64,000 nt of DNA from Opitutales bacterium (GTDB lineage: Bacteria; Verrucomicrobiota; Verrucomicrobiia; Opitutales; PNEW01): positions 1,728,001 to 1,792,000 of the forward strand of contig CBDANS010000007.1 in the NCBI GenBank assembly GCA_965197745.1. Reading direction: 5' to 3'. Under the pieces are notes generated by a model. The model did not search any database. It was not told the DNA's origin and saw only the letters and a list, made by a program, of their open reading frames with translations. This document shows positions 10,877 through 21,283 of the stretch, in pieces. A program made the position numbers and the translations under genes. The number at the start of each line of letters is the position of its first letter. The first letter of the stretch is position 1.

Positions 10877-11929
10877 TCATCCATAGCTCAATTTAGCTTT
10901 TGTCAGCGTCAGATCGCGATTGAGATTACGAAAGGGTTTAATTTTTAAATGCTGCAAGACGCCATGGTAGGCCTTTACCGCTTCTTCCGGTGTTACTTCT
11001 CCATCGACAATGCGTTTGAGCATTTCGATAAAGGTTAAGGGATGCTCTGAGAGATTTATTTTCCGACCGAATAAAGCGACACGCGCTCCATGTTTTTGCG
11101 CGTCATGGATGAGTTTAAAAGCATCGTATGTTGTTCCCGCGCCCCCTCCAAGGATGCCCACAATAATATTGGGATCATAGGCAACCAGTTCCTCCAACGC
11201 TCCGGGACCATGATAGGGGATTTTAAGAAAAAGAGGACGCCCTTTCTCCGTAACCCCGGCCAGGCATCGTATAATGTGATCATTGAGAAAAGCGTATATT
11301 TTTTTCGGTGTGATACCGGGATCAACGTTAGGATTAAACACCTCCAGAAAATAGCGGAACTTCTTTTGTTCTGCCTCGAGACGGAAATCATAAAAATCCT
11401 GAAGGGAGCGGTAATCCCAATCCAAATTGTTTGTAAAAGTGACAGAATAGAGGCCGAGGTCGCTTCCGAGAACAGGTTCATCGTGATTGCTGTCGAGGCG
11501 GCCATATTTGATATGCTCGATCGTGGCGGAACGAAAGGAACGGGAGGGCACTTGGGGATAGGTGCCCCCACGAATCACCCAGATATCAGAAGTATCATTG
11601 GCGCGTGCCGCCGGTGTGATGGAGGAATCTTTAAATAGATTTTCTTCGATCGCCAATTTCTCAATATTAGAAGCAGAGAGTAACATAATATCGATGATAC
11701 CCTGACGGATTACATCGCGAATTTGTTGGCGATAATCTTCTAATGTTTTCCAACATCCCACCGATTCAGAATATGCATGCTTGCATGCGCCTAATTCCGG
11801 ACCCGGAGCGGCAATACCAAAAGCCATGTCTGCATCTTTAGCATCGGCAATGATGAAGTCCTTCGCCCCGGAAGGATTTTCTTTGATTCGCGCTAACTTC
11901 TGGTCCAGTGATTTCACGGTATTACTCAT
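10877..11929 (-). CDS. Uncharacterised class I aldolase-like TIM-barrel protein
   Basis: ADAKDADMAFG, FLEVFNPN, PLFLKIPY (candidate Schiff-base Lys), ILGGGAG and ARVALFGRKI match the DeoC/LacD/FbaB-type motif layout. Confidence 0.6.
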   Translation of the reverse strand: MSNTVKSLDQKLARIKENPSGAKDFIIADAKDADMAFGIAAPGPELGACKHAYSESVGCWKTLEDYRQQIRDVIRQGIIDIMLLSASNIEKLAIEENLFKDSSITPAARANDTSDIWVIRGGTYPQVPSRSFRSATIEHIKYGRLDSNHDEPVLGSDLGLYSVTFTNNLDWDYRSLQDFYDFRLEAEQKKFRYFLEVFNPNVDPGITPKKIYAFLNDHIIRCLAGVTEKGRPLFLKIPYHGPGALEELVAYDPNIIVGILGGGAGTTYDAFKLIHDAQKHGARVALFGRKINLSEHPLTFIEMLKRIVDGEVTPEEAVKAYHGVLQHLKIKPFRNLNRDLTLTKAKLSYG

Positions 11930-12167
11930 TTACACTTACTCATAATAGAGAATTTAGCATCTTTATAAAAATGGATATTTTTCAACATTAAATAACTTTA
12001 TATTTTCTATTTAAGCTTCGTTTACAGCTATATCTGGATTGAAAATAAATACAGCTTAAAGTGAATAGGGTGCAATGCGACTGGAATATTTAAAGCTTGT
12101 CAGCTCATATGCATTTGGCTGAATTGAGTTCAATTGCTGAGCGTAATTTTTACCGAATATACCGATT

Positions 12168-14732
12168 ATACGAAAAAAAATAATACTTTTATTTTGGCTT
12201 ACGGTTATCAGCAATTTAGTATTATCTGCTGCTGATCTTGAGTTAAGAAGCTCAGAGAATGAAGTCCTGGAATGGACCGATGTAGGCGAATTGCCGGGAC
12301 TGGTCGTTAAGACCGGGGTTTTTTCTGGAGAGAGTAATGGGGCACTTATTCTTGCGGGAGGAATCGATGAAGGGATAATTCATTCAAGTATTGCGGTACT
12401 CGAAAAAAAAGGAGATGCCCAGTACCATCTGCATTCTGGTTTTGAGTTGGACAATCCTTTGGCCTTTGGAGCCGCAGTATCTTTCGAAGAAGGGCTTCTC
12501 TGTATAGGAGGACGCGATAACCAACAGTCCTATGCTGAGGTATTTCTTTTAATTTGGGATCCGATTAATAAAAAGATTGAAAAGAAAGTTTTCCCAAACC
12601 TTCCTGAACGCAGATCCTATTCGGCAGCAGCTATTATTGATGGTGTTGTTTTCGTTGCGGGGGGGATAGATACACTGAAAAATCCTCAAACATCAAAAAA
12701 TTTCTGGTCACTGGATCTTTCGTCACCTGACAAGCAATGGAAAGTTTTAGAAACTTGGCCTGGGCCCGGTCGCATGCATGCGGTGGCAATGGTACAGCAT
12801 GACGGATTTTACAACATTTTTCACCTCACGAGTGGTTTAGAGATTAGGGCTGAAGGAAGTGAACCTTCAGTTATAAAAGAATTGATTGATGGTTACCGTT
12901 ACAATCCGAATGCAGATGTAAATTCGCGGTGGGATAAAATCACTGATCTGCCCTGGCCAATCTTTGGCGCTAAGGCTAATGGGGTAGGGCAATCCCACAT
13001 ATTCCTGTATGGTGGCTATGATGGCGACAGAGATCTTTTTCTAAAGGCTCTATCCCCAAAAATTAATAGCTTTCGCTCGGCAATATTAGCCTACCATACT
13101 TTTACCAATACCTGGGTTAAGATGGGTGAATTGCCGACTGATATTTCAGCGGCCGAAGTAATATTGGGAAAAAAAGACATATTTTTAATGGGAACCACTG
13201 ACTCGACGGGAAAGTTTTATGAGGGGAGGCCGGTATTAAAGAAAAGTCGTTTTGGTGCTGTCGACTATTCATTGCTCATCGCCTATCTCCTGGCTCTGGT
13301 GGTTTTGGGGATTTACTTTTCTAAACGGGAAAAGACAACCCAAGACTACTTCCTGGGAGGTCGGCGCGTGCCCTGGTGGGCGGTTGGGTTGAGTATAATT
13401 GGGACGGGGTTAAGTGCTGCTACCTATATCAGTACGCCGGCTAAAGTCTATGCGACGGATTGGGCCTACTTTCTCCTTCGGTTGCCTTTACCGATAGTCG
13501 TTATTGTCCAGATGTATCTTCTCCTTCCGTTTTTTCGGCGGCTTTTTGTCACCACCACTTATGAATATTTAGAAATGCGATTTAATGCGCTCGTGAGATT
13601 GTTTGGCAGCCTCACTTTTATTATCATGCAACTCGGCCGTATGGGAATCGTCCTTTACCTGCCTGCGATTGCCCTTTCCGCAGCTACGGGTCTCAATGTT
13701 TATTTCTGTATCTTTTCGATGGGAGCCCTATGTACCGTTTATACCGTGTTGGGGGGTATTGAAGCGGTCATCTGGACCGACGTTTTGCAGGTCATTGTTT
13801 TCTACACGGGGGCCTTTGTTATCCTTGCCATCGCTATATTCAGCCTTGATGGCGGGATTCCTCAATTCATAGAAATCTGCAGCACACAAAATAATTTTAA
13901 TTGGTTAAACAAGGGTTGGGATGTACGCACATCATCATTATTTATTATTATTGTCGCGAGTTTTTCCTCGATTATTATCCCCAATGCTGGAGACCAGGTT
14001 GAGGTACAACGGTGGTTGACAACAAAAGATGAAAAATCCGCGCGTCGAGCGTTGGCCATCGGAGCGATAATATCTCTTCCTGCATCTTTCATTTTTTTCT
14101 ATATTGGTTCTTCGATTTTTGCATTCTACTATAATCGTCCGGAAGAGCTGAATCCGGTTCTTATGACTGATGGCATAATTCCCTGGTTTGTCGTTCAAAA
14201 TTTGCCGCTTGGAATTTCCGGCTTTGTCATTGCCGCAATCTTTTCCGCGTCGATGTCGAGCATGGACAGCAGTATGAACAGCCTTGCTACGAGTATCGTT
14301 GTAGACTGCCGGCGTTTTAAGAAATCTATAACCGACCACCAGGGATTGAATTTAGCACGCTGGTTGACCGTCCTCTTTGGTCTATTTGGAACGGTAATGG
14401 CATTAATTTTCGCGACCGCTGACATCCCCTCATTGATCGATCTGATGAGTATTTATAATGGTCTATTCAGTGGTTCACTGGTCGGAGTATTTTGGCTCGG
14501 AATGTTTACAAATCGTGCTAATGGAATTGGAACTTTCATTGGAATTGTTGCCAGCGCGATTGCCATTTTTTATACACAAAGATTTACTCCACTGCATTTT
14601 TTTGTGTATGGATCGGTCAGTTCGGGTACTTGTATCATAGTGGGATACGTGGCGAGTGTAGTAACAGGAGGAAATAAAGACTTACCTGAAGGGTTTACGA
14701 TATTTACGCTCCCTAAAGAAATTAAGGATTGA
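12168..14732 (+). CDS. Kelch-repeat (NanM/mutarotase-like) domain fused to a sodium:solute symporter (SSS)
   Basis: N-terminal Kelch GG repeats (LILAGG, LCIGG, FVAGG, FLYGG) then an SSS domain (YFLGGRRVPWWAVGLS, GGIEAVIWTD, SASMSSMDSSMNS). The open frame extends upstream of the TTG at 12291 to a signal peptide starting at ATA 12168, so the start is uncertain. Confidence 0.8.
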   Translation: MRKKIILLFWLTVISNLVLSAADLELRSSENEVLEWTDVGELPGLVVKTGVFSGESNGALILAGGIDEGIIHSSIAVLEKKGDAQYHLHSGFELDNPLAFGAAVSFEEGLLCIGGRDNQQSYAEVFLLIWDPINKKIEKKVFPNLPERRSYSAAAIIDGVVFVAGGIDTLKNPQTSKNFWSLDLSSPDKQWKVLETWPGPGRMHAVAMVQHDGFYNIFHLTSGLEIRAEGSEPSVIKELIDGYRYNPNADVNSRWDKITDLPWPIFGAKANGVGQSHIFLYGGYDGDRDLFLKALSPKINSFRSAILAYHTFTNTWVKMGELPTDISAAEVILGKKDIFLMGTTDSTGKFYEGRPVLKKSRFGAVDYSLLIAYLLALVVLGIYFSKREKTTQDYFLGGRRVPWWAVGLSIIGTGLSAATYISTPAKVYATDWAYFLLRLPLPIVVIVQMYLLLPFFRRLFVTTTYEYLEMRFNALVRLFGSLTFIIMQLGRMGIVLYLPAIALSAATGLNVYFCIFSMGALCTVYTVLGGIEAVIWTDVLQVIVFYTGAFVILAIAIFSLDGGIPQFIEICSTQNNFNWLNKGWDVRTSSLFIIIVASFSSIIIPNAGDQVEVQRWLTTKDEKSARRALAIGAIISLPASFIFFYIGSSIFAFYYNRPEELNPVLMTDGIIPWFVVQNLPLGISGFVIAAIFSASMSSMDSSMNSLATSIVVDCRRFKKSITDHQGLNLARWLTVLFGLFGTVMALIFATADIPSLIDLMSIYNGLFSGSLVGVFWLGMFTNRANGIGTFIGIVASAIAIFYTQRFTPLHFFVYGSVSSGTCIIVGYVASVVTGGNKDLPEGFTIFTLPKEIKD

Positions 14733-14742
14733 AATAATTATC

Positions 14743-15579
14743 ATGATGAAAGGCATGATATTTATTTTCGTCACTTTCCCTATTTTGCTCTCTTCGCTAA
14801 AAAGCGAAGAGGTCATAGAGAGGTTGGCAACACGGGTTTATAAGGCTCATGTGAATAATAAGCCGTTACCTGTTTTTTCAACTATGATGCCGGAATTAAC
14901 GGTTTTATCGGCCTACGAAGTTCAAGTAAGCTATGTGAAGAAAAGGCTTTTAAGCGATGAAATAACAGGATTCAAAGCAGGGCTTACAAATGAGAGGTCG
15001 CAGAATCGATTTAGGGTTACGATGCCGGTCTCAGGGGTTCTTTTTGCATCCGGGCTGAGGGATGCTAAAATAAGTATTGATCGTCAGCACAGCAACCAGC
15101 TTATGATTGAAACTGAGATTGGATTTGTCGTGGGGAAAGCTATCGAAAAACAGCTCCCTGATATTTCAAAATTGAAAAAAAGAATTCGCGCGATTGCAGG
15201 AGCGATTGAATTGCCGGACCTGGGATTTGAAGACATGAGCAAACTTCAGGGAGTCGACATAATTACCGGCAATGTCTCTGCCTATGCCTACATATTGGGT
15301 AAAGCTAAAGACCGAAATAAAATTAATCTTTCGGATGTATCACTCCTGCTCTCGAGAGAGGGTGAGATTATAAATAGTGGCAGCGGGAGCGACCTCCTCG
15401 GGGATCCCTGGGAGGCGGCCTTGTGGCTCGTCAATAATATAGTGTCTCAGGGATGGTCAATTCAACCCGGTCATATCTTATTAGCGGGCGCGATGGGAAA
15501 GATGCTGCTGGCGAAGCCGGGAAATTACGTTGCTGATTTCGGTGAATTAGGTCGAATCACCTTTACTATTAGCAAGTAA
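14743..15579 (+). CDS. 2-keto-4-pentenoate hydratase-like protein (FAH/MhpD family) with predicted signal peptide
   Basis: AYEVQ, GFKAGLT, ETEIGF, IELPD and LGDPWEAALWL motifs; hydrophobic N-terminus. Confidence 0.75.
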   Translation: MMKGMIFIFVTFPILLSSLKSEEVIERLATRVYKAHVNNKPLPVFSTMMPELTVLSAYEVQVSYVKKRLLSDEITGFKAGLTNERSQNRFRVTMPVSGVLFASGLRDAKISIDRQHSNQLMIETEIGFVVGKAIEKQLPDISKLKKRIRAIAGAIELPDLGFEDMSKLQGVDIITGNVSAYAYILGKAKDRNKINLSDVSLLLSREGEIINSGSGSDLLGDPWEAALWLVNNIVSQGWSIQPGHILLAGAMGKMLLAKPGNYVADFGELGRITFTISK

Positions 15580-15584
15580 GTTTT

Positions 15585-16322
15585 CTATAGCGGTCGGCTG
15601 AGCCGATTTTTATACTTGATAGAAATTTCTTCGTTGTATTTTCGTGCCCCGGGGAGATTTGCGCTTTTGTAGATAGGCAAAGGATGATTATTATCGGTTA
15701 GATATTGAATAATTTCCATAGCCAGAAGATTTAGAAGCAGGGCGCCAGTCATCGTTGAGGTGGGTCCAACTCTATCCTCTTGACCAGGAATTTCAATCGC
15801 GGCATCACCCACGACTCCACCGTTATCCAGAACGTAAGCAGCAATTTCAAAGAGCCTTTTACCCAATGGATGTTCAGCCTGAGTCTGGCGTGACATTTCA
15901 ATGCTCGTAACGGCGACAACAGTCAGGCCAAATTTTTTACATTCCAAAGCAACTTCCAGGGGAACAGGATTTTTTCCTGAATTAGAAATGACAATAACGA
16001 CTTCGTTTTTTCTCAATTCAAAAGTATAGTGATGCCGTTGAACCAGTTTAGTGCCATAACCCGGGATGGTTTCTACCCATCCACCGGTGGGGTCAATAAT
16101 AGCACTAACAGGAATCAGACCACCTGCGCGATGAATAATTTCCTGGGCGATAATACTTGAATGGCCGCTGCCAAAGGTATGAAGAATACCCCCCGCAGCA
16201 ATGGACTTGCCAATTACCGCGCCCAATTCCGTTAAGGAGTCACGATTCCTTTCGAATACACTGGCTGAAATTTCACTTATGTGTTTGTAGTAATTTTCCG
16301 CTAAATTCATATACTGTATCAT
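15585..16322 (-). CDS. SIS-domain (sugar isomerase) protein
   Basis: FGSGHS, RAGGL, ISNSGKN and GPTST motifs. Confidence 0.85.
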   Translation of the reverse strand: MIQYMNLAENYYKHISEISASVFERNRDSLTELGAVIGKSIAAGGILHTFGSGHSSIIAQEIIHRAGGLIPVSAIIDPTGGWVETIPGYGTKLVQRHHYTFELRKNEVVIVISNSGKNPVPLEVALECKKFGLTVVAVTSIEMSRQTQAEHPLGKRLFEIAAYVLDNGGVVGDAAIEIPGQEDRVGPTSTMTGALLLNLLAMEIIQYLTDNNHPLPIYKSANLPGARKYNEEISIKYKNRLSRPL

Positions 16323-16456
16323 CGAGAGGGAGGAATTCTAAATTATTAAAAATAACCCGCTCTTAATTTGGCAATGTTTTTTAAGAAATCAATAAATGAG
16401 GATAGACAAATCTGTAAAAGATTGACGGCATAAGAGGTGATATAATTCTAAAAAAA

Positions 16457-17377
16457 ATGACCGATACTGCTGTTAGCTTGAAAAATGTTACTAAGGCTTT
16501 TGGTCCACACACCGCTGTAAATAATCTTAGTCTGGATGTCCCCACAGGGTCGATATACGGTTTTATTGGCCCCAATGGTTCCGGCAAGACGACAACTATT
16601 CGTATGATACTGCATATCATTTATGCGGATAGTGGAATCATTGAGGTCTTAGGACGTCAAGAGACGAGGGCAGCTAATGACCATATCGGATATCTTCCAG
16701 AAGAACGCGGGCTTTATAAAAAACTGACACTTCGTCGTCAACTTGCTTATTGCGCTCGTCTGAAGGGGATGCCCGGTCCAAGTATAAATAAATCTATAAA
16801 CAGGTGGCTGGATCGGATGAATCTATCGGACTGGAGTGATAAAAGAATCGAAGTTCTTTCGAAAGGAATGATGCAAAAAGCTCAATTCATATCGACCGCT
16901 ATCAGCAGGCCGAAATTGCTGATATTGGATGAACCGTTTGCCGGTCTCGATCCTGTTAATCTTGAAATCATACGAGAAGCTATTTTGGAACTTCGAGAAA
17001 AAGATACCACCGTCATTCTATCAACCCATGATATGGCATTAGCGGAAAAATTATGTGATTTCATATTTATGATTTACCATGGAGAAAAAGTTTTAGATGG
17101 GAGTTTGACCTCAATTCAAAAAACTTACCGTAAGAATACTGTCCATTTGCGATACCGGGGCGCCACTGATGTAAATCTGCCAAATCTTCCGGGAGTTACG
17201 GCGGTGCATAAGCATAGGCAGTATCATGAGATACATACTGACAGCGATCCGCAGATTATCCTCGAAACCGTAAGCAAACACGGACAGGTCGAGCTTTTTG
17301 AAATCGCCCGACCCTCATTGCAAGATATATTTATGGAGATCGCTAAACCGGATAAAGGGGGTGGTCCCGATGATTAA
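16457..17377 (+). CDS. ABC-2 type exporter ATP-binding subunit (NatA/YhaQ-like)
   Basis: GPNGSGKTT, GYLPEERGLY, LSKGMMQK and ILDEPFAGLDP motifs. Confidence 0.9.
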   Translation: MTDTAVSLKNVTKAFGPHTAVNNLSLDVPTGSIYGFIGPNGSGKTTTIRMILHIIYADSGIIEVLGRQETRAANDHIGYLPEERGLYKKLTLRRQLAYCARLKGMPGPSINKSINRWLDRMNLSDWSDKRIEVLSKGMMQKAQFISTAISRPKLLILDEPFAGLDPVNLEIIREAILELREKDTTVILSTHDMALAEKLCDFIFMIYHGEKVLDGSLTSIQKTYRKNTVHLRYRGATDVNLPNLPGVTAVHKHRQYHEIHTDSDPQIILETVSKHGQVELFEIARPSLQDIFMEIAKPDKGGGPDD

Positions 17378-18691
17378 ATTACTCTTTGTGGCCTGGAATG
17401 ACTACCGCCAAACGGTGGTATCCAAAACATTTATCATCAGCATTATATTAATGCCCGTCCTTTTCAGCGGCATGGTGGTAGTCAATTTATTTTCTCAGAA
17501 AAATATCGATCTAAAAGATAAGCGCATTGCGATCGTCGACCGGACCGATGTTTTGTACGAAAAGATATCAGAAGAAGCGGAAAGGCAAATCGCTATGATA
17601 TTTTTAAAGGTGATACCGGCGACCGCAAACAGGTGAACCCAAAGATACTTGTCGAACGATTCAAGAGTATTAATTTTAATGAAGATAATCTGATCATCCA
17701 TTTGTCAGACCGTGTTCGCGAGGGTTCGCTCTTTGCGTTTCTTATTATCGATAAAAAAGTAATCGGTAATAATGAAAATGAGAGGGATGAGACAAAAATA
17801 CATTACTACACCGATTCGCCAACGATTGTGGAAATTCCTGAGTGGTTTAGTGAAGAGATTAATGAACAAGTGGAAATGATGCGATTCGAGGAAGCAGGAA
17901 TCGATAAAAGATTCATTAATAAATTGATGCGTCCCATCGAGATGGAGCGATTAGGACTGGCCATGGTTTCTGACACAGGGGCCTTGATTGAGGCTGAAAA
18001 GGAAGACCCTTTAAAGACTTTTGGCATCCCGTTTGTCGTTATGATGCTGCTTTTCGTGACCGTTAATATGAGCGCTCCCATGATGTTGAATACGGTGATG
18101 GAAGAAAAAATGCAAAAGATAGCGGAGGTGTTAGTGGCATCTATATCGCCTTTCCATCTGATGATGGGCAAACTGCTGGCTGCGACTTTGGTAGGATTGA
18201 CTTTTTCATTCGTCTATCTTGGCGGCTTATTCGCGATGCTCGTTTTATATACTGCATCCGACATGGTGCCGCTTTCGCTTTATTTATGGTTTTTTCTCTT
18301 TCTCCTCCTCGGTCTCCTGAGTTTTGGATCTATCTGGGCGGGGATTGGCGCGGCCTGTTCAGAATTGAAAGACACCCAGAACTTCACTGGACTTGCCGTG
18401 ATGATGATTCTCATCCCGATCGTATTGTCACCTGCTATAATTCAATCCCCGAACAGCACCTTTTCGGTGATTGTTTCTCTTTTCCCCCCATTTACGCCTA
18501 TGCTCATGCTTATGCGATTAGCCATTCCACCGGGACCTGCTTCCTGGGAGGTTGGACTGGGCTTGATTTTATGTATCAGTTTTACGCTTCTCTGCGTGTG
18601 GGCGGGAGGAAAAATATTCAGGATTGGAATTCTTTCTCAGGGCCAGTCGCCCAGCACCCGAGTTCTTTTGCGCTGGATTTTCTCACGTTAA
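17370..18691 (+). pseudogene. ABC-2 exporter permease (NatB/YhaP-like) with a frameshift near 17587
   Basis: MIKLLFVAWNDYRQTVVSKTFIIS... switches frame at ggCAAATcgc and continues NRYDIFKGD...VMEEKMQKIAEVL...PPFTPMLM. Confidence 0.75.
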
Positions 18692-18775
18692 CTTATTGCC
18701 TTATCAAAGAGAAAATCAGAGATTGAAGAAGTCATACACGTATGAGTCAAAGTGAATATGCCGTGCTTCACCAGT

Positions 18776-20095
18776 ATGAATGATTTAATCATCGCAGGAT
18801 TTGGGAAAACGGACATAACCCCGAAAAGTGACGGGACTTTTAAGGTTTTAGATCCGATCTTTTTCCGTGCCTTACACCTAAGGCAGATTGATAAACAGGT
18901 TACTTTTCTCGCTGCCGATCTTTTTCAGCTGGACGATGATTTTAAGAAGCTTGTTGCTGAAAAAGTTGAAGAGATCGATGTTGACGGTGACTGGATACTA
19001 CAGGCTCCCAGCCATCTGGGCACGGCCCCGATTTTTTTTAATCACTACATGGTGCAACCTACCGAGTCCCTTCGCCATTATGATAAGATAGATGACTATG
19101 CGGATGCCGCGGCCAGAGCGATTCGTTTAGCGGTAGAGGATGCCACACCGGCGGCAATTGCAGTGGGCGTTACAGAGACCCCTGAAAAACTGGCTCATAA
19201 TCGCAGGGCATACGACAAGGATGGCAATTTTGTATTCGTCACGATGGAAAAATGGCTCACTCAACCTGATCACCTTGTTTATAAACCCCATGATCGGCAG
19301 TTGGGAATTGTGTATCTAAAAAGAGAGGGTAAACGCCCAATCACGCTCATTAATTATGTTAACCACGCTCTATGCCTGGTTAATGAATTCGGCAATATAT
19401 CAGGGGAGTACTGTGGGCGGTTCTGTCAAATGATCGATGCTGAAGAGATTGATGCACTTTTTGTTCAAGGGGCGCTCGGTGATGTTGCCCCCAATCGTGA
19501 AACCGATGATCCCGCGGACTATTTATCGAAAATCTTATTGGAGCTATGGCATCAACTCATCGAAACCCTTGAACCGACATCCGAGGTAAAAATAAAATTA
19601 GCAAGTAAAACAATAGAAATACCATTTCAACCTGTAGCATTGTCCGACGAAGTTAAACAAAGTATCGAGAAACCCCAATCCCCAACCCTGAACGACCCGA
19701 TGTTTCGGAATGCAACAGGTTCCTGGCAATGGAAAGATAAAGGACAGGTTGACCACAGGGAAAATCATGATAGATACAAATACTGGCTGGCGACACGGTT
19801 TGCGGGGCAGAAGAGCTATCCCTATACGATGCGTGCAATCACCATTGGATCCTCATCCCTGCTTTTTATACCAGGGGAACCTTTCTCTGAAACGGCTTTT
19901 AAAATTCGAGCGGCGGCACCCCAGGAAAATGTTCTTATCCTTGCAAGTCCTTCAGCTGAAGCAGGGTACTTGGCCACACCTCTCGCCCACAGGGAAGGGG
20001 CAAATGAGCATGATCTGTCAGCGCTAAGTTATGATTCAGAACCTGCTATAGTCAAAGCCGCAGTGCAACTGCTGTGTGATGACGTCTTAGTCTAA
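18776..20095 (+). CDS. Neutral/alkaline ceramidase-like amidohydrolase of unknown substrate
   Basis: AGFGKTDITP, SHLGTAP, NRR, NYVNHA, QGALGD and IPGEPF motifs. Confidence 0.6.
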   Translation: MNDLIIAGFGKTDITPKSDGTFKVLDPIFFRALHLRQIDKQVTFLAADLFQLDDDFKKLVAEKVEEIDVDGDWILQAPSHLGTAPIFFNHYMVQPTESLRHYDKIDDYADAAARAIRLAVEDATPAAIAVGVTETPEKLAHNRRAYDKDGNFVFVTMEKWLTQPDHLVYKPHDRQLGIVYLKREGKRPITLINYVNHALCLVNEFGNISGEYCGRFCQMIDAEEIDALFVQGALGDVAPNRETDDPADYLSKILLELWHQLIETLEPTSEVKIKLASKTIEIPFQPVALSDEVKQSIEKPQSPTLNDPMFRNATGSWQWKDKGQVDHRENHDRYKYWLATRFAGQKSYPYTMRAITIGSSSLLFIPGEPFSETAFKIRAAAPQENVLILASPSAEAGYLATPLAHREGANEHDLSALSYDSEPAIVKAAVQLLCDDVLV

Positions 20096-20105
20096 ATGAA
20101 TAGCC

Positions 20106-21275
20106 ATGACGCAGCGATCAAAAATTAAGCCGCTATCGCCCGTTGAAGAGGATTTGCCGGGTATAATCACGTTAGTGGATAGTGTAATGCGCGAAGGCAG
20201 CAAGCAAAGCATGCTAACGGACTATCCCCTGGTTTTCCGAAAAGAGAACAGAGAAAACATGCACGTTATAAAAACGGGGGGAAGGATTGTCGCAGAAGTT
20301 CCCTTTATTCCGCGAATTATCAAATTAGGACAGAGCCAATTTTCCATTGGCATCATATCCGCAACTTCAACGCACCCCGATCATCGCAAAAAAGGTTACG
20401 CCTTAGCATGCCTTAATGAAAATATTGAATTAATGGAAAAGAATGGCATCGAACTGTCTGTTTTATGGACCATTGTTCCAACATTTTATTTTTATAATCA
20501 CAGTCAATTTCAGGCCATAAGAAAGCAGATGGTAATGTATCTGTGCGAGAAGAGAGATGCCTTCTATTTTACTCATCATGGACACGAAATCGTTCGCTAT
20601 AACCCGGATAAGCAAGACTATTTAGATGCCATAAAATCCATGCACAATGAAGAACCCAATGGGGCATGCCGCGATACTGATACATACAAAGGTTATTTTT
20701 CTCTGCCGAACATGACTACCTGGATAGCATTAGACAAAGGGCAGCCAATAGCTTATCTAATCGCAAGTTTAGCGACGAATAAACCGGGTATAATTGAAGG
20801 GGGCGGTGACGAAATAGCGATTGAAACCCTTATCCAGCATGCATTGTCAGAATGGCCTGAATTTGATGAGCCAATTCGTTCCTATGGCTACCTGCTGCCT
20901 TCGAGACTGGGTAAGGTAATGGAAAGTAAACTGCCTGACCGCCATGAGCCATGGAGCGGTAATATGATGATTAGATTAAATCTACCGCGAAATTTTTTTG
21001 AAAGTATTAAGCTATGGCTTGAAAAAAAGAACAATGGCAGGAAACGAGCTTTTTCAATCGAAATATCTGATATGGATGAAATAATTTCATTCGATTTTAC
21101 GAAGGATGGATTAAAGATCGGTCAACGTAAAAATACTGATCATCTGACACTGACACGGCGCCAATTAACGTCTGCCGTATTTGGTTATCACCAGGAGGTT
21201 CCGATAATGGGCAATAATCTATTATCGGATATTTTCCCTTTTTACTTTCCTCTCTGGATACTCGATCACAGTTAG
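20106..21275 (+). CDS. GNAT family N-acetyltransferase (Eis-like)
   Basis: THPDHRKKGYA acetyl-CoA motif, FYNHSQF, and a C-terminal SCP2-like region. Confidence 0.75.
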   Translation: MTQRSKIKPLSPVEEDLPGIITLVDSVMREGSKQSMLTDYPLVFRKENRENMHVIKTGGRIVAEVPFIPRIIKLGQSQFSIGIISATSTHPDHRKKGYALACLNENIELMEKNGIELSVLWTIVPTFYFYNHSQFQAIRKQMVMYLCEKRDAFYFTHHGHEIVRYNPDKQDYLDAIKSMHNEEPNGACRDTDTYKGYFSLPNMTTWIALDKGQPIAYLIASLATNKPGIIEGGGDEIAIETLIQHALSEWPEFDEPIRSYGYLLPSRLGKVMESKLPDRHEPWSGNMMIRLNLPRNFFESIKLWLEKKNNGRKRAFSIEISDMDEIISFDFTKDGLKIGQRKNTDHLTLTRRQLTSAVFGYHQEVPIMGNNLLSDIFPFYFPLWILDHS

Positions 21276-21283
21276 CGTATTGC

